NCBI GenBank assembly: GCA_958353395.1
Contig: CATWSG010000005.1
Location: 6,985-70,984, forward strand
Origin: an uncultured Collinsella sp.
GTDB lineage: Bacteria > Actinomycetota > Coriobacteriia > Coriobacteriales > Coriobacteriaceae
Length of the DNA stretch: 64,000 nucleotides
Direction of reading: 5' to 3'
Shown here piece after piece: positions 10,114 to 19,498 of this stretch (positions within the stretch are counted from its first letter, which is position 1; each line of letters begins with the position of its first letter). The notes under the pieces were generated by a model that saw only the letters and a list, made by a program, of their open reading frames with translations, was not told where the DNA came from and ran no database searches. A program made the translations under genes and the position numbers.

Positions 10114-11184
10114 CTATCGACAAACCAAATGGATTCTGCTGGCATCAAAATGCATGCGCAGCGTCTCGCCTGCTTGCGGCAGCCCGTCGGCGGATACGTT
10201 CACCTTGTTGACCTTCCACTGTAGACGCGTGGGCGCATCAGCGCGCGGCACGTCCAGCAGCACCAGCCGCTCAAAGCGCGAATCGCTCACACGGGCCACA
10301 TGCAGGTCATAGCTGTTGCGACCCCGCTCGGCACGGTTGTCCACATGGAAGTAGCTCGCACGAATACCGAGGTACGCCACATTATCGGGAACCTCGCGAC
10401 CCACGTTAAAGGTCATGCCCCAGTCGAGGGCCTCGACTTCTTCGTCGCCGATCTTGCGCGCCCGGCTTGTGTTCTTGCAGCCCGTCAGGCGCAGCGCCGC
10501 CAGCGTCTGCGGACGGCGGACCACGTCCTCGACGGAGCCGATCTCCTCAACATGCCCGTCGTGCATCACGCAGATACGCTGGCACAGGCGGCACGCTTCG
10601 TCGATGTCGTGGCTCACGTAGAGGACGGTGCGGTTGCACACATCGAACAGGTCGAGCATGTTCTGCTCGAGCGCGCTCTTAAGATAGGAATCGAGCGCGC
10701 TCATGGGCTCGTCGAACATAAAGATGCCCGGATGCGCCGCCACCATGCGCGCAAGCGCCACACGTTGCTGCTGACCGCCCGAGAGTCGCGCGGGGTAGCG
10801 GTCGGCAAAATCGGCCAGGCCGAAAATGCCCAGATAGCGCTCGGCAAGTTTTTTGCGCGCTGCGGCGTCTCCCGCATCCTTTACACCGGCACATACGTTA
10901 TCGGCCACCGTCATGTTGGGAAACAGCTGATAGTTTTGGAACAGCAGAGCGCATTTTCGCTCCTGGGGCGACAGGTTGATGCCCGCCGCCGAGTCAAAAA
11001 AGGTCACGCCGTTGACGACGATCTTGCCCTCGTCGGGCGTCTCCACACCGGCAATGCAGCGCAGCGTGCAACTCTTGCCGCAACCCGAGGCACCCAGCAG
11101 CGCCACACGCTCCTCGCCGGCCTCAAGCTGCATGTCGAGCATAAACCCGGGGTAGTGCTTTTTGATATCCAGAACGAGCGACAT
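10114..11184 (-). CDS. modC: Molybdate ABC transporter ATP-binding protein
   Basis: [16 protein letters not shown], adjacent to modA/modB. Confidence 0.85.
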   Translation of the reverse strand: MSLVLDIKKHYPGFMLDMQLEAGEERVALLGASGCGKSCTLRCIAGVETPDEGKIVVNGVTFFDSAAGINLSPQERKCALLFQNYQLFPNMTVADNVCAGVKDAGDAAARKKLAERYLGIFGLADFADRYPARLSGGQQQRVALARMVAAHPGIFMFDEPMSALDSYLKSALEQNMLDLFDVCNRTVLYVSHDIDEACRLCQRICVMHDGHVEEIGSVEDVVRRPQTLAALRLTGCKNTSRARKIGDEEVEALDWGMTFNVGREVPDNVAYLGIRASYFHVDNRAERGRNSYDLHVARVSDSRFERLVLLDVPRADAPTRLQWKVNKVNVSADGLPQAGETLRMHFDASRIHLVCR

Positions 11185-11187
11185 AGC

Positions 11188-12630
11188 TTATCGACCTCCC
11201 TGCGGCGCCGCATCATCGCGCATGAGCTCGGCCAGTGCCTCGCGATCGATACGCAAGGCATCGCCGCCCGCCGGGTCGAGCGAATCGCCCTGTCCGGCGA
11301 GATCTTTGGCCTGCTTGCGCCCCGCATGGGAAAGGCCCCGCTCGCGATACTTTTGCGAATGCGCGGTGTACATGTTGATGAATAGAATGACCAGGAAGCT
11401 GAACACAATTACGACCACGACCCAAAAGAGGGCCACCGACGTGTTGCCGCCCATCCACTCAAAGTAGATGGCGATGGGAATGGTCTGCGTAATACCGGCG
11501 TAGTTGCCCGCAAAGAACAGGGTGCAGCCAAACTCGCCCATCGCGCGGGCAAAGGCGAGCACCGTGCCGGCGGCAATCGAGGGCCAGCCAAGCGGCATCA
11601 TAAGCTTGGTAAAGATGCGACGCTCGGACCAGCCCAGCGTGCGCGCGGCGTCGAGCATCTGCGTGTCAAGGCTCTCAAAGGCACCGAGCGCCGTACGGTA
11701 GACCAGGGGAAACGACACCACCACGGCAGAGATCACCGCTGCCGGCCACGTAAAGACGATCGAGACGCCGTGCGCGATGAGCCACCGACCGACCCCGGTC
11801 GATCGACCAAACAGCATGAGGAGCAGAAAGCCGCACACCGTAGGCGGCAACACCATAGGGATGGTAAAGACCGAATCGAGTAAACCCTTCACGCGGCTCG
11901 TGGTTCCCATGGTCTTCCATGCGGCAAACAGACCCAGTGCAAACGCGATTATGAGGGCAAGACCGCTCGTTTTTATGGACACCCAAAACGGGCGATAGTC
12001 GATGTCGCCCAAAAAGGAGACCAGAGAGGTCAAGGGTCCCTGCTCATCCCGCAACACGACAGACGATGCCTCTACCATGTGAGCGCTATCAAGCCAACGC
12101 GCGCCACCCTTGGCATCACCCGAGGCTGATGCAATCACCACATAGCGGTCCCCATCCGCACCGCACTCGTCAAAGCCATAGGTATACCCGCCGGCATCAA
12201 ACGTTGTTTCCGCCGTGACATACCAAGGAAGATCCACGTCCTCTAGCTGCGCACCTCCCATGCAGTTTGCGCTGTCGAGCTCACAGACGAGGGCCTTGAG
12301 ACCCGATACGCACTCGTTGTCCTGCGGATCCAATCCATACTTCTCGACCGCCTTAGGCGATATCCACACCACAACGCGATCGGCAGCAGGCGCCACCACA
12401 AGGTCCACGTCCTCGTCAACGGGAAACCGGTAGCCTTCAGGCTGGCCCTCCATGGCACGAGCGGTCCCCTTGGCCAACCGCTCAAAACCCTCGATCCCAT
12501 AGGAAAGCCCATGAGCGGTCGCAGCAACCTGGGCCCCGTCCTCAGCGTCCCCAGCAAACGCAAATCCCGGCACCCAGCAAAGCGCGAAGGTCAAAGCACA
12601 GGCGACAAGCATGCGGAATCTATTAAGCAC
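11188..12630 (-). CDS. modB: Molybdate ABC transporter permease with ~200-aa N-terminal exported extension
   Basis: C-terminal half has PMVLPPTVCGF, DAARTLG, FARAMGEFG, TIPIAIY; likely GTG start at 12630 after GGAG; signal-like N-terminus ending AFA. Confidence 0.85.
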   Translation of the reverse strand: MLNRFRMLVACALTFALCWVPGFAFAGDAEDGAQVAATAHGLSYGIEGFERLAKGTARAMEGQPEGYRFPVDEDVDLVVAPAADRVVVWISPKAVEKYGLDPQDNECVSGLKALVCELDSANCMGGAQLEDVDLPWYVTAETTFDAGGYTYGFDECGADGDRYVVIASASGDAKGGARWLDSAHMVEASSVVLRDEQGPLTSLVSFLGDIDYRPFWVSIKTSGLALIIAFALGLFAAWKTMGTTSRVKGLLDSVFTIPMVLPPTVCGFLLLMLFGRSTGVGRWLIAHGVSIVFTWPAAVISAVVVSFPLVYRTALGAFESLDTQMLDAARTLGWSERRIFTKLMMPLGWPSIAAGTVLAFARAMGEFGCTLFFAGNYAGITQTIPIAIYFEWMGGNTSVALFWVVVVIVFSFLVILFINMYTAHSQKYRERGLSHAGRKQAKDLAGQGDSLDPAGGDALRIDREALAELMRDDAAPQGGR

Positions 12631-12698
12631 GAAAAGCTCCAAGCGAATACAAGGACGGAGTGAAACACAAAACGATGGAATTATCGCGCCAAGCCGCA

Positions 12699-13574
12699 CT
12701 ACGCGGAAAGCTCAAAGCCGTACTTAGCCCAAATCTTCTGAGCCTTCTTGTTGGTCAGACAGAAGTCGATAAACGCCTTGGCTTCGTCGGCGTGCTCGGA
12801 GCTCTCGGCAACGGCACCCGGATACACGATGGGCTTGTGCGAATCCTCGGGACACACAAAGGCCTCCTCGATGCCGTCGTAGCGGTAGATGTCAGAACTG
12901 TAGACAAAACCGGCCACGCAGTCGCCTGTGGACACATAAGCGGCGGCGGTGCCCACCTTATCGGCCAGCGCGACCTTGTCGGCGATTTCGGGAGCATACT
13001 CGCCATCGTCGCCCTCGGTGCCGGTATAAAGGCCCACGGAAGCCAGCGCCTGGTTGGCGTACTTGCCGGCAGGAACGGTCTTGGCGTCGCCGATGGCGAT
13101 CTTACCGTCCAGATTCGCGACGTCAGCGATGGCCTCGATCTTGGTGTCGGAGCCCTCGGCGCGAATGATCACGAGGTCGTTGACGAACATGTCCTCACGC
13201 GTGTCGGCGTCGACGAGCTCGGCGGTCTCAGCGTCATCCATGGTGCCCTTGGAGGCCGTGATGAGCACGTCGACGGCGGCACCGGCGCGCATCTGCTCGA
13301 CAAGGTCGCCAGATGCCTTAAACTGCGTATCGGCAAAGGTGGTGCCGGTCTGGTCGGTGTAGAGCTCCTGGATCTCGGGAAGGGCCTTCTCGAGGGAGTT
13401 GGCGGCAAAGACCTGCAGCTCGACGGTTTCCTTCTTGGAAGAGGCCTTGGCGGAGCCGGCATCGGATCCGGCCGGCTCGGACGTCTTGCTGCCCGAGCAG
13501 CCGGCAAGACCAAGGCCGGCAGCGGCGACAGCAGAAAGCGAGACGAATCCGCGGCGAGATACCATATCGAACAT
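12699..13574 (-). CDS. modA: Molybdate ABC transporter substrate-binding lipoprotein (Tat signal)
   Basis: SRRGF, LAGC lipobox, VFAANSL, ASGDL, VPAGKYA, VYSSD, IVYP. Confidence 0.9.
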   Translation of the reverse strand: MFDMVSRRGFVSLSAVAAAGLGLAGCSGSKTSEPAGSDAGSAKASSKKETVELQVFAANSLEKALPEIQELYTDQTGTTFADTQFKASGDLVEQMRAGAAVDVLITASKGTMDDAETAELVDADTREDMFVNDLVIIRAEGSDTKIEAIADVANLDGKIAIGDAKTVPAGKYANQALASVGLYTGTEGDDGEYAPEIADKVALADKVGTAAAYVSTGDCVAGFVYSSDIYRYDGIEEAFVCPEDSHKPIVYPGAVAESSEHADEAKAFIDFCLTNKKAQKIWAKYGFELSA

Positions 13575-13777
13575 ATTCAACCCTTTCGGACCTTGTGCCC
13601 GGGTACCCCACCGCGGGCTTTAATCTGCAACCAGATTATACTTCTGCGCGAATAATGATAGTGAGAAATTATTCTCGCCAGAGAATATAGTTTCGAGTTA
13701 CCGTACACCTCGGCGTCGCTTCGGCGGAAAACAAAGGCGGAGCAGCCGTTCAGGTCGCCCCGCCGCAGGTAAACCGC

Positions 13778-14257
13778 TTATTTGGTATGTCCGCCGCCCG
13801 CCGTCATCTGGGCCGCATGCTCCAGCTGGTCACTCACGGCCTCCCAGCTTTCGCGGGCGGCCTTCGTAGAACCGGGAAAGTTTACGACAAGCGTATGACC
13901 TCGTTGCATGCAAATAGCGCGCGAGAGCATGGCGCGGCGCGTCTTGGTCATCGAGTACGCACGAATTGCCTCTGCAATACCCGGCACATCGCGGTCGCAG
14001 ACGGCACGCGTCGCCTCGGGCGTCACGTCGCGCATCGAAAGTCCCGTGCCGCCACAGGTGAGCACGACATTGGCGCGGCACTCATCGGCAGCTTCCACAA
14101 TGGCATCACCGATCTCGCTGGCGTCGTCGCGCACGACCACATGTGAGACGACCGTCCAGCCCTGCGCCTCGATAAGTTCCTCGAGTGCGGCTCCAGCCTC
14201 GTCCTGGGCAAGATCGCGTGTGTCCGAACACGTCACAATCGAAATTTTCAACTCCAT
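13778..14257 (-). CDS. mogA: Molybdopterin adenylyltransferase (MogA/MoaB family)
   Basis: TCSD, TCGGTGLSMRDVTPEAT, LSRA, NFPGS. Confidence 0.85.
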   Translation of the reverse strand: MELKISIVTCSDTRDLAQDEAGAALEELIEAQGWTVVSHVVVRDDASEIGDAIVEAADECRANVVLTCGGTGLSMRDVTPEATRAVCDRDVPGIAEAIRAYSMTKTRRAMLSRAICMQRGHTLVVNFPGSTKAARESWEAVSDQLEHAAQMTAGGGHTK

Positions 14258-14267
14258 AGTCTTCCTC

Positions 14268-15530
14268 CTACAACACCGTTCCCTCGGGCAGGTCGACGCG
14301 CACGACATCCACGATGTCGCCCGCCTTAAGCTCGCACGGTCCTTCGTCAATACGCAACAGGCAGTTCGCGCGCTGCATAGTTCCGAGCAGCGCCGAATTC
14401 TGCGTCTTGGCCTCGGTCACCAACAGCTCACCGGTCTCGGGGTCGCGCAAAACCGTGGCGCGATCGAAGAAGCGTCGGTCCTGGCGCTTTTTCACGCCGT
14501 GCGTGAGCGTCGCCTGCTGCACGGGACGCACGCCCTCGGCAAAGCCGCGCATCTTGCGAATCGCCGGACGGGCGAGCATCTCAAAGCCTACATACGCCGC
14601 AGCCGGATTGCCCGAAAGCCCCAGGTAGGGCTTACCCCCGAGCAAGCCAAACGTGATGGCCTTGCCCGGACGCATCGAGATGCGATCGAACAGCACCTCG
14701 CCCTCGCGCCGGACGAGCGCCGTCACGTAGTCGTAATCGCCCGCCGAGGCGCCACCACTTGTAATGACAAAATCGCACTCTCGCGTGGCGCGATGCACCA
14801 GCTCGGCAATCGCCTGCTCATCGTCGGGCGCAATGCCGTAGAACACGGGCTCGGCTCCTGCATCGAGCGCCTCGGCCATCAACGCCGAGGAGTTGGAGTC
14901 GCGAATCTGCCCGCGCGCCGGCACGTTACTCGGTGCGACCAGTTCCGTGCCCAGCGAGATGATGCCCACACGCGGGGCAGCGTGCACCTTCACGCTCGCG
15001 TATCCGGCGCTTGCCAGCAGACCCGCGCCCGCCGGAGCCACGACCTCGCCGGCGCGCATCACAGCATCGCCGGCATGGGCCTCCTCGGCGGCAGAGCGAA
15101 CGTTCTCCCCTACCTTGGCCGGCGCCGAGAAGCGAACGTGCGAGCCCTCGTTGCCATCGCCGTCAAGCACGTCGACGATCTCGTATTTCACTACGGCGTC
15201 AGCACCCTCGGGCACCGGCGCGCCCGTCATGATGCGGACGGTCTCGCCCGTGCCGACCACGCCCTCAAAGACATGGCCCGCTGCCTCGTGTCCGATAACG
15301 TCGAGCGTCACCGGCGTCTCACCAGACGCCTGCGCCAAGTCCGCCGAGCGCACGGCATATCCGTCCATAGCGCTGTTGGCAAACGGCGAGATGTCGATAT
15401 CGGCCACCGCGTCCTCGGCCAAGGGAAGACCGGCGGCCTGCCACACGGGAATCTCGACGAGATCGGTCAGAGCAACGTGCGACAGAACGATCGACTGCGC
15501 GTCCTCCAGCGGAATGAGTTTCTCTGCCAT
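14268..15530 (-). CDS. moeA: Molybdopterin molybdotransferase
   Basis: PFANSAMDGYA, IMTGAPVPEGADAVV, TSGGASAGDYD, MRPGK, LSGNP. Confidence 0.93.
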   Translation of the reverse strand: MAEKLIPLEDAQSIVLSHVALTDLVEIPVWQAAGLPLAEDAVADIDISPFANSAMDGYAVRSADLAQASGETPVTLDVIGHEAAGHVFEGVVGTGETVRIMTGAPVPEGADAVVKYEIVDVLDGDGNEGSHVRFSAPAKVGENVRSAAEEAHAGDAVMRAGEVVAPAGAGLLASAGYASVKVHAAPRVGIISLGTELVAPSNVPARGQIRDSNSSALMAEALDAGAEPVFYGIAPDDEQAIAELVHRATRECDFVITSGGASAGDYDYVTALVRREGEVLFDRISMRPGKAITFGLLGGKPYLGLSGNPAAAYVGFEMLARPAIRKMRGFAEGVRPVQQATLTHGVKKRQDRRFFDRATVLRDPETGELLVTEAKTQNSALLGTMQRANCLLRIDEGPCELKAGDIVDVVRVDLPEGTVL

Positions 15531-15741
15531 ATGCACCTCTTTAATGCCACGGCGCACAACAGGGACGCCGATTCTTTATGCTTGTCTCAGTATAATCCCC
15601 CGACGCGCGACCGCGATTGGGCCTGTACCCGCAAATACACCTGTCGGCCGCAAGCCGCGAAACAGAATGGAAAGCAACCCACCGGCTCGTCGCGCTTGCC
15701 ACGTTTTATAATGCTTGCGTTGCAACCTAAAAGAGGAATAT

Positions 15742-17163
15742 ATGGCTCATAACAACAAACCCGAAAGCGCAAACGAAGCGCAGGATCATTCCCAGCCGCT
15801 CGACGATGGCGGCTTTTTCTCCCTTAGCGACGTCATCATGGCCGGCAGGCGTCAACTCACCCGCTCCGAGCAGCTCTTGGCCGCCGACACACGCCGCAAC
15901 GCCCGCAACCTGTTTGCAAGCGCCAAACTGCTCGCGCTCGTCGTCATCGTCTCGCTCGCCATGGGTGTTGCCGCTTGGGCATTTTTGGCCTCGCTGAATA
16001 TCGCGACCGATTATCGCGAGCACCACGTGTGGATTTACGCGTTGCTTCCCGTTGTGGGCGTTGCCACCGCATGGGTGTACAAAAACCACGGCCTTGCCGC
16101 CAAACGAGGTAACAACCTGGTCATCGACTCCGCCCTGGGCACACGCCTTATCCATATGCGCATGGCCGTCCTCACCTTCGTCTGCTCCACACTCACGCAC
16201 CTAACAGGCGGATCGGCCGGCCGCGAGGGCGCCGCGGTGCAGATTGGCGGCACCATCGCCAGCAACATCTCGAGCCTCACCCACCTCAAAAAGCATGACC
16301 ACCACGACCTCATGCTCGCCGGCATCTCGTCGGCCTTTGGCGCCGTATTCGGTTCACCCCTCGCCGGAGCCTTCTTTGGCATGGAGATGTGCTTTATCGG
16401 CAAGATCGACTACACCGCGGGCATCTACTGCCTGGTCGCCTCGTTTACCGGCTACTTTACATCACTTGCCCTGGGTACCGAGTACGAAGCGAATGTCATC
16501 GCCAGCGTTCCCGCTATGACGCCCACAACGGTCGTCATCGTTGTTATCAGCGCCATCATCTTCGGTCTGACGGCACGCCTCTTTGCCTGGTCGGTTCGAA
16601 CCGTCAAGAGCCTGTACGGTCGTTTTATCACCAACTATATTGCTCGCGCACTCGTGGCCGCGCTCGTAGTGCTCGCGGCCTACGCGATGCTCGACGCCTG
16701 GAAGTATGCCGGCCTTGCCACCTGGCTCTCGGGTGCCGGGTTCGCCGGTAACACGACCCTTGCCGACGCAGCCATCAAGCTCGTGGTGACGGCGCTCACC
16801 CTGGGCGCCGGCTTCCAAGGAGGCGAGGTCACGCCCCTGTTTGGTATCGGTGCGGCGCTCGGCGGCTGGATCGGTTGCCTCGTCGGAATCGACCCCAGCT
16901 TTCTGGCAGCGCTGGGTATGCTCGGCGTGTTCTGCGCCGGCCTCAACGTGCCCATCACCACCTGCATGATGGCCATCGATCTGTTCCACGGCACGGCCGC
17001 CGGGTTCTTTGTCATCGTGGCCTTTATCAGCTATCTCGTCGGCGGCCACCGCGGCGTGTACCCCGCCCAGCGCATTATCTCACCCAAGCGTCGTTCGCTT
17101 ATTGTGGATGAGGGCGGTACGGTAGCGGATGCTATCGAGCGCCACAACGACCTGATAGAGTAG
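15742..17163 (+). CDS. CLC-family anion channel/antiporter, CLC-F (fluoride exporter) type
   Basis: GNNLV, GREGA, GGEVTPLF motifs; many transmembrane segments. Confidence 0.85.
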   Translation: MAHNNKPESANEAQDHSQPLDDGGFFSLSDVIMAGRRQLTRSEQLLAADTRRNARNLFASAKLLALVVIVSLAMGVAAWAFLASLNIATDYREHHVWIYALLPVVGVATAWVYKNHGLAAKRGNNLVIDSALGTRLIHMRMAVLTFVCSTLTHLTGGSAGREGAAVQIGGTIASNISSLTHLKKHDHHDLMLAGISSAFGAVFGSPLAGAFFGMEMCFIGKIDYTAGIYCLVASFTGYFTSLALGTEYEANVIASVPAMTPTTVVIVVISAIIFGLTARLFAWSVRTVKSLYGRFITNYIARALVAALVVLAAYAMLDAWKYAGLATWLSGAGFAGNTTLADAAIKLVVTALTLGAGFQGGEVTPLFGIGAALGGWIGCLVGIDPSFLAALGMLGVFCAGLNVPITTCMMAIDLFHGTAAGFFVIVAFISYLVGGHRGVYPAQRIISPKRRSLIVDEGGTVADAIERHNDLIE

Positions 17164-17250
17164 ACGTAAGTATTCGCCGTGCAGCCACAATCGGGGGCAA
17201 TTCGACCTGAGCGCGACCGCACCGTCACGTCATACGCCGGGAGTCGCCCC

Positions 17251-18213
17251 ATGCACGTAACTGATTTTGGTCGCACGCTCATCATCGCCAACCCCGCCGC
17301 CCAGTCGGGTGCGGCGCGCGAGGTCGCTGAGCGCCTGCAGCGCTTTTTGGACATGACCGCGCGCGCATCCCAGTTTGACTTGGTGCTGACCGAACGCGCG
17401 GGGCATGCCAAGGAGCTTGCCGCACAGGCTCAGGGCTACCGCACGGTTATCGCACTCGGCGGCGACGGCGTGATCCACGAGGTCGTCAATGGCTTGATGG
17501 CGCAAGAAGAGGCGATTCGACCGGCGCTTGCCGTCCTGCCCGTAGGCTCCGGCAATGATTTTGCCCAAACACTCGGCATCGACGATTTCTCCGGCAAGGA
17601 TTTTGGCGCGCTGCTCACCTGCGAGCTGCAGCATCAGGACATCGGGCGCATTCGCTCGTGGAGCCCTGCAAGCGGCAGCGGCGAGGCTGCCGCTGAGTAC
17701 TACGACCAGACGCTTTCGGTCGGCATCGATGCCGCCATCGGCCTTGGCACCACCGAGCTGCGCAAAAAGACGGGCCTCGCCGGCGCTCCGCTCTACACTC
17801 TTTCGGGACTTGAGCAGTTTGGCCTGCGCTATCGCAACTACCCCATGACCGTCAGCTTTGACGGCGCGCCCGCCGAGCGCGTAAGGGCGATTATCATGGC
17901 GATTCAGCTGGGCCCCACCTATGGTTCGGGCTATCGCATCTGCCCCGACGCCGACCCGTGCGACGGCATACTCGACGTCTGCTACGCCTGCGGTCCCGTC
18001 CCTTGTGCGGTTGCCCTGCCCATGTTTCTTTCGGCCAAGGACGGCCACCATACCAAGCTGTCGCCGGTTCGCATGCGTCGTTGCCGTCATGCCGAGCTCA
18101 CGTTCGAGGAGCCCGACTACCCCATCCAAGCCGACGGCGAGCCCGTTGTCGCCTCGCGCATCGAGGTCGACGTCCTCGGTGGAGCCCTCCACGTCTGGCG
18201 CCCCACCCGCTAA
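17251..18213 (+). CDS. Diacylglycerol/lipid kinase family protein (YegS/DagK-like)
   Basis: IIANPAA, GGDGVIHEVVNG, PVGSGNDFA, QADGE. Confidence 0.88.
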   Translation: MHVTDFGRTLIIANPAAQSGAAREVAERLQRFLDMTARASQFDLVLTERAGHAKELAAQAQGYRTVIALGGDGVIHEVVNGLMAQEEAIRPALAVLPVGSGNDFAQTLGIDDFSGKDFGALLTCELQHQDIGRIRSWSPASGSGEAAAEYYDQTLSVGIDAAIGLGTTELRKKTGLAGAPLYTLSGLEQFGLRYRNYPMTVSFDGAPAERVRAIIMAIQLGPTYGSGYRICPDADPCDGILDVCYACGPVPCAVALPMFLSAKDGHHTKLSPVRMRRCRHAELTFEEPDYPIQADGEPVVASRIEVDVLGGALHVWRPTR

Positions 18214-18220
18214 CCCCACC

Positions 18221-18291
18221 TAAGTTGCGGTGAAATAGGGACTGCTTATGCAGCTAAAGCCGCAAAACAGTCCCTATTTCACCGCAACTTA
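18221..18291. repeat. Palindromic repeat family B, 24-bp perfect arms; probably also a bidirectional terminator
   Basis: TAAGTTGCGGTGAAATAGGGACTG...CAGTCCCTATTTCACCGCAACTTA between convergent genes; related copy at 39.15 kb. Confidence 0.75.
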
Positions 18292-18300
18292 TTGATAAGA

Positions 18301-18681
18301 TCATTCCTCCCCGCCCAGCTTGCGACGGTTGGCCTTTTTAATGGCGTTGAAGTGCTTGTCGTTGAGCCTGCGCTGGCGAGAGCGCTGAGGCACCTTGGTC
18401 TTTACGCGTCGACGCGGTGGACGCCCGCGACGCTCAAGCTCAGCGCGCAGCTTACGCAGACAGCTCGCGCGATTCTGAAACTGGCTGCGGCTCTCACGCG
18501 CCGTCACGACAATCCCCGTGGGCCCATGTTTCATGCGCACCGCAGAGTCCGTCGTGTTCACGCCCTGCCCGCCCGGACCTGTCGCGCGAAACACCTGTAC
18601 CTCGCAATCGTGCGCCAGCTCCTCGACCGACATCTCGGCATAGCGCGCATACTCACGCCATCCCATCTTGTTCTCATCCAT
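18301..18681 (-). CDS. arfB: Peptidyl-tRNA hydrolase / ribosome rescue factor, ArfB/YaeJ-like
   Basis: [11 protein letters not shown] (GGQ), RSQFQNR, basic C-terminal tail. Confidence 0.75.
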   Translation of the reverse strand: MDENKMGWREYARYAEMSVEELAHDCEVQVFRATGPGGQGVNTTDSAVRMKHGPTGIVVTARESRSQFQNRASCLRKLRAELERRGRPPRRRVKTKVPQRSRQRRLNDKHFNAIKKANRRKLGGEE

Positions 18682-18704
18682 ATCAACACCTCCCCTCATA
18701 AAAA

Positions 18705-18735
18705 ATGTGACAAAGGGAAAGTCCCTTTGTCACAT
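18705..18735. repeat. Short perfect palindrome (REP-like or terminator of xpt)
   Basis: ATGTGACAAAGGGA-aag-TCCCTTTGTCACAT preceded by an A-run. Confidence 0.6.
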
Positions 18736-18762
18736 CGCATACCAATCGCTTGTGTTGCGCGC

Positions 18763-19341
18763 TTAGGCGAAGGTGATCTCGCCGTTCTCGCAGTCCATAT
18801 CGGCGATACGGGCCAGGCTCTCAACGCGGAAGCCGCGCTGACGGAGCTTATCGCCGCCGCCCTGGAAGCCCTTCTCCACGGCAATACCGATGCCGGCAAC
18901 CTCGGCGCCCGCAGCCTCGCAGATCTTGATGAGACCCTCAAGCGCACAGCCGTTAGCCAAGAAGTCGTCGATGATCAGAACCTTGTCGCCCTCGGACAGG
19001 AAGCGCTTACCTACAATGACCGGGTACTCCTTCTGCTTGGTGAAGGAGTAGATGGTCGTGGCATACTGCTCGCCATCGAGGTTGATGGACTGCGCCTTCT
19101 TGGCAAAGACCACCGGCACGCCGCCAAAATGCTGAGCTGCGATGCAGGCCATGCCAATGCCCGAAGCCTCAATCGTCAGGATCTTGTTGATCTCGACACC
19201 CTCGAACAGACGGGCCCACTCGGCACCCATGTGGTCGAACAGCTCAACGTCGCACTGGTGGTTGAGGAAGGCATCGACCTTAAGGACGTTACCGGCCTTT
19301 ACGATGCCGTCATGGCGAATACGATCCTCAAGCTCCTGCAT
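18763..19341 (-). CDS. xpt: Xanthine phosphoribosyltransferase
   Basis: [37 protein letters not shown]. Confidence 0.93.
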   Translation of the reverse strand: MQELEDRIRHDGIVKAGNVLKVDAFLNHQCDVELFDHMGAEWARLFEGVEINKILTIEASGIGMACIAAQHFGGVPVVFAKKAQSINLDGEQYATTIYSFTKQKEYPVIVGKRFLSEGDKVLIIDDFLANGCALEGLIKICEAAGAEVAGIGIAVEKGFQGGGDKLRQRGFRVESLARIADMDCENGEITFA

Positions 19342-19498
19342 GGCGCAACCCCTTCTCGCGGCAACGATACCGCGCGATTAATAAACGTTGTTCGATAGTC
19401 TACCACGGACCGACCCCCGCCCGCCCCACAAGCCACATCGCACCACAAACCAGTCTTTTTGGGACGGCGCGAATCGTGGCAGACAGCCTCCCAACATG

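Noticed and set aside
13908..15752. 614-aa plus-strand ORF, and similar long antisense ORFs (6462-8039, 24282-25748, 35725-37653, 53837-55474)
   Set aside because: Shadow frames opposite well-supported genes, expected at high GC; no recognisable motifs
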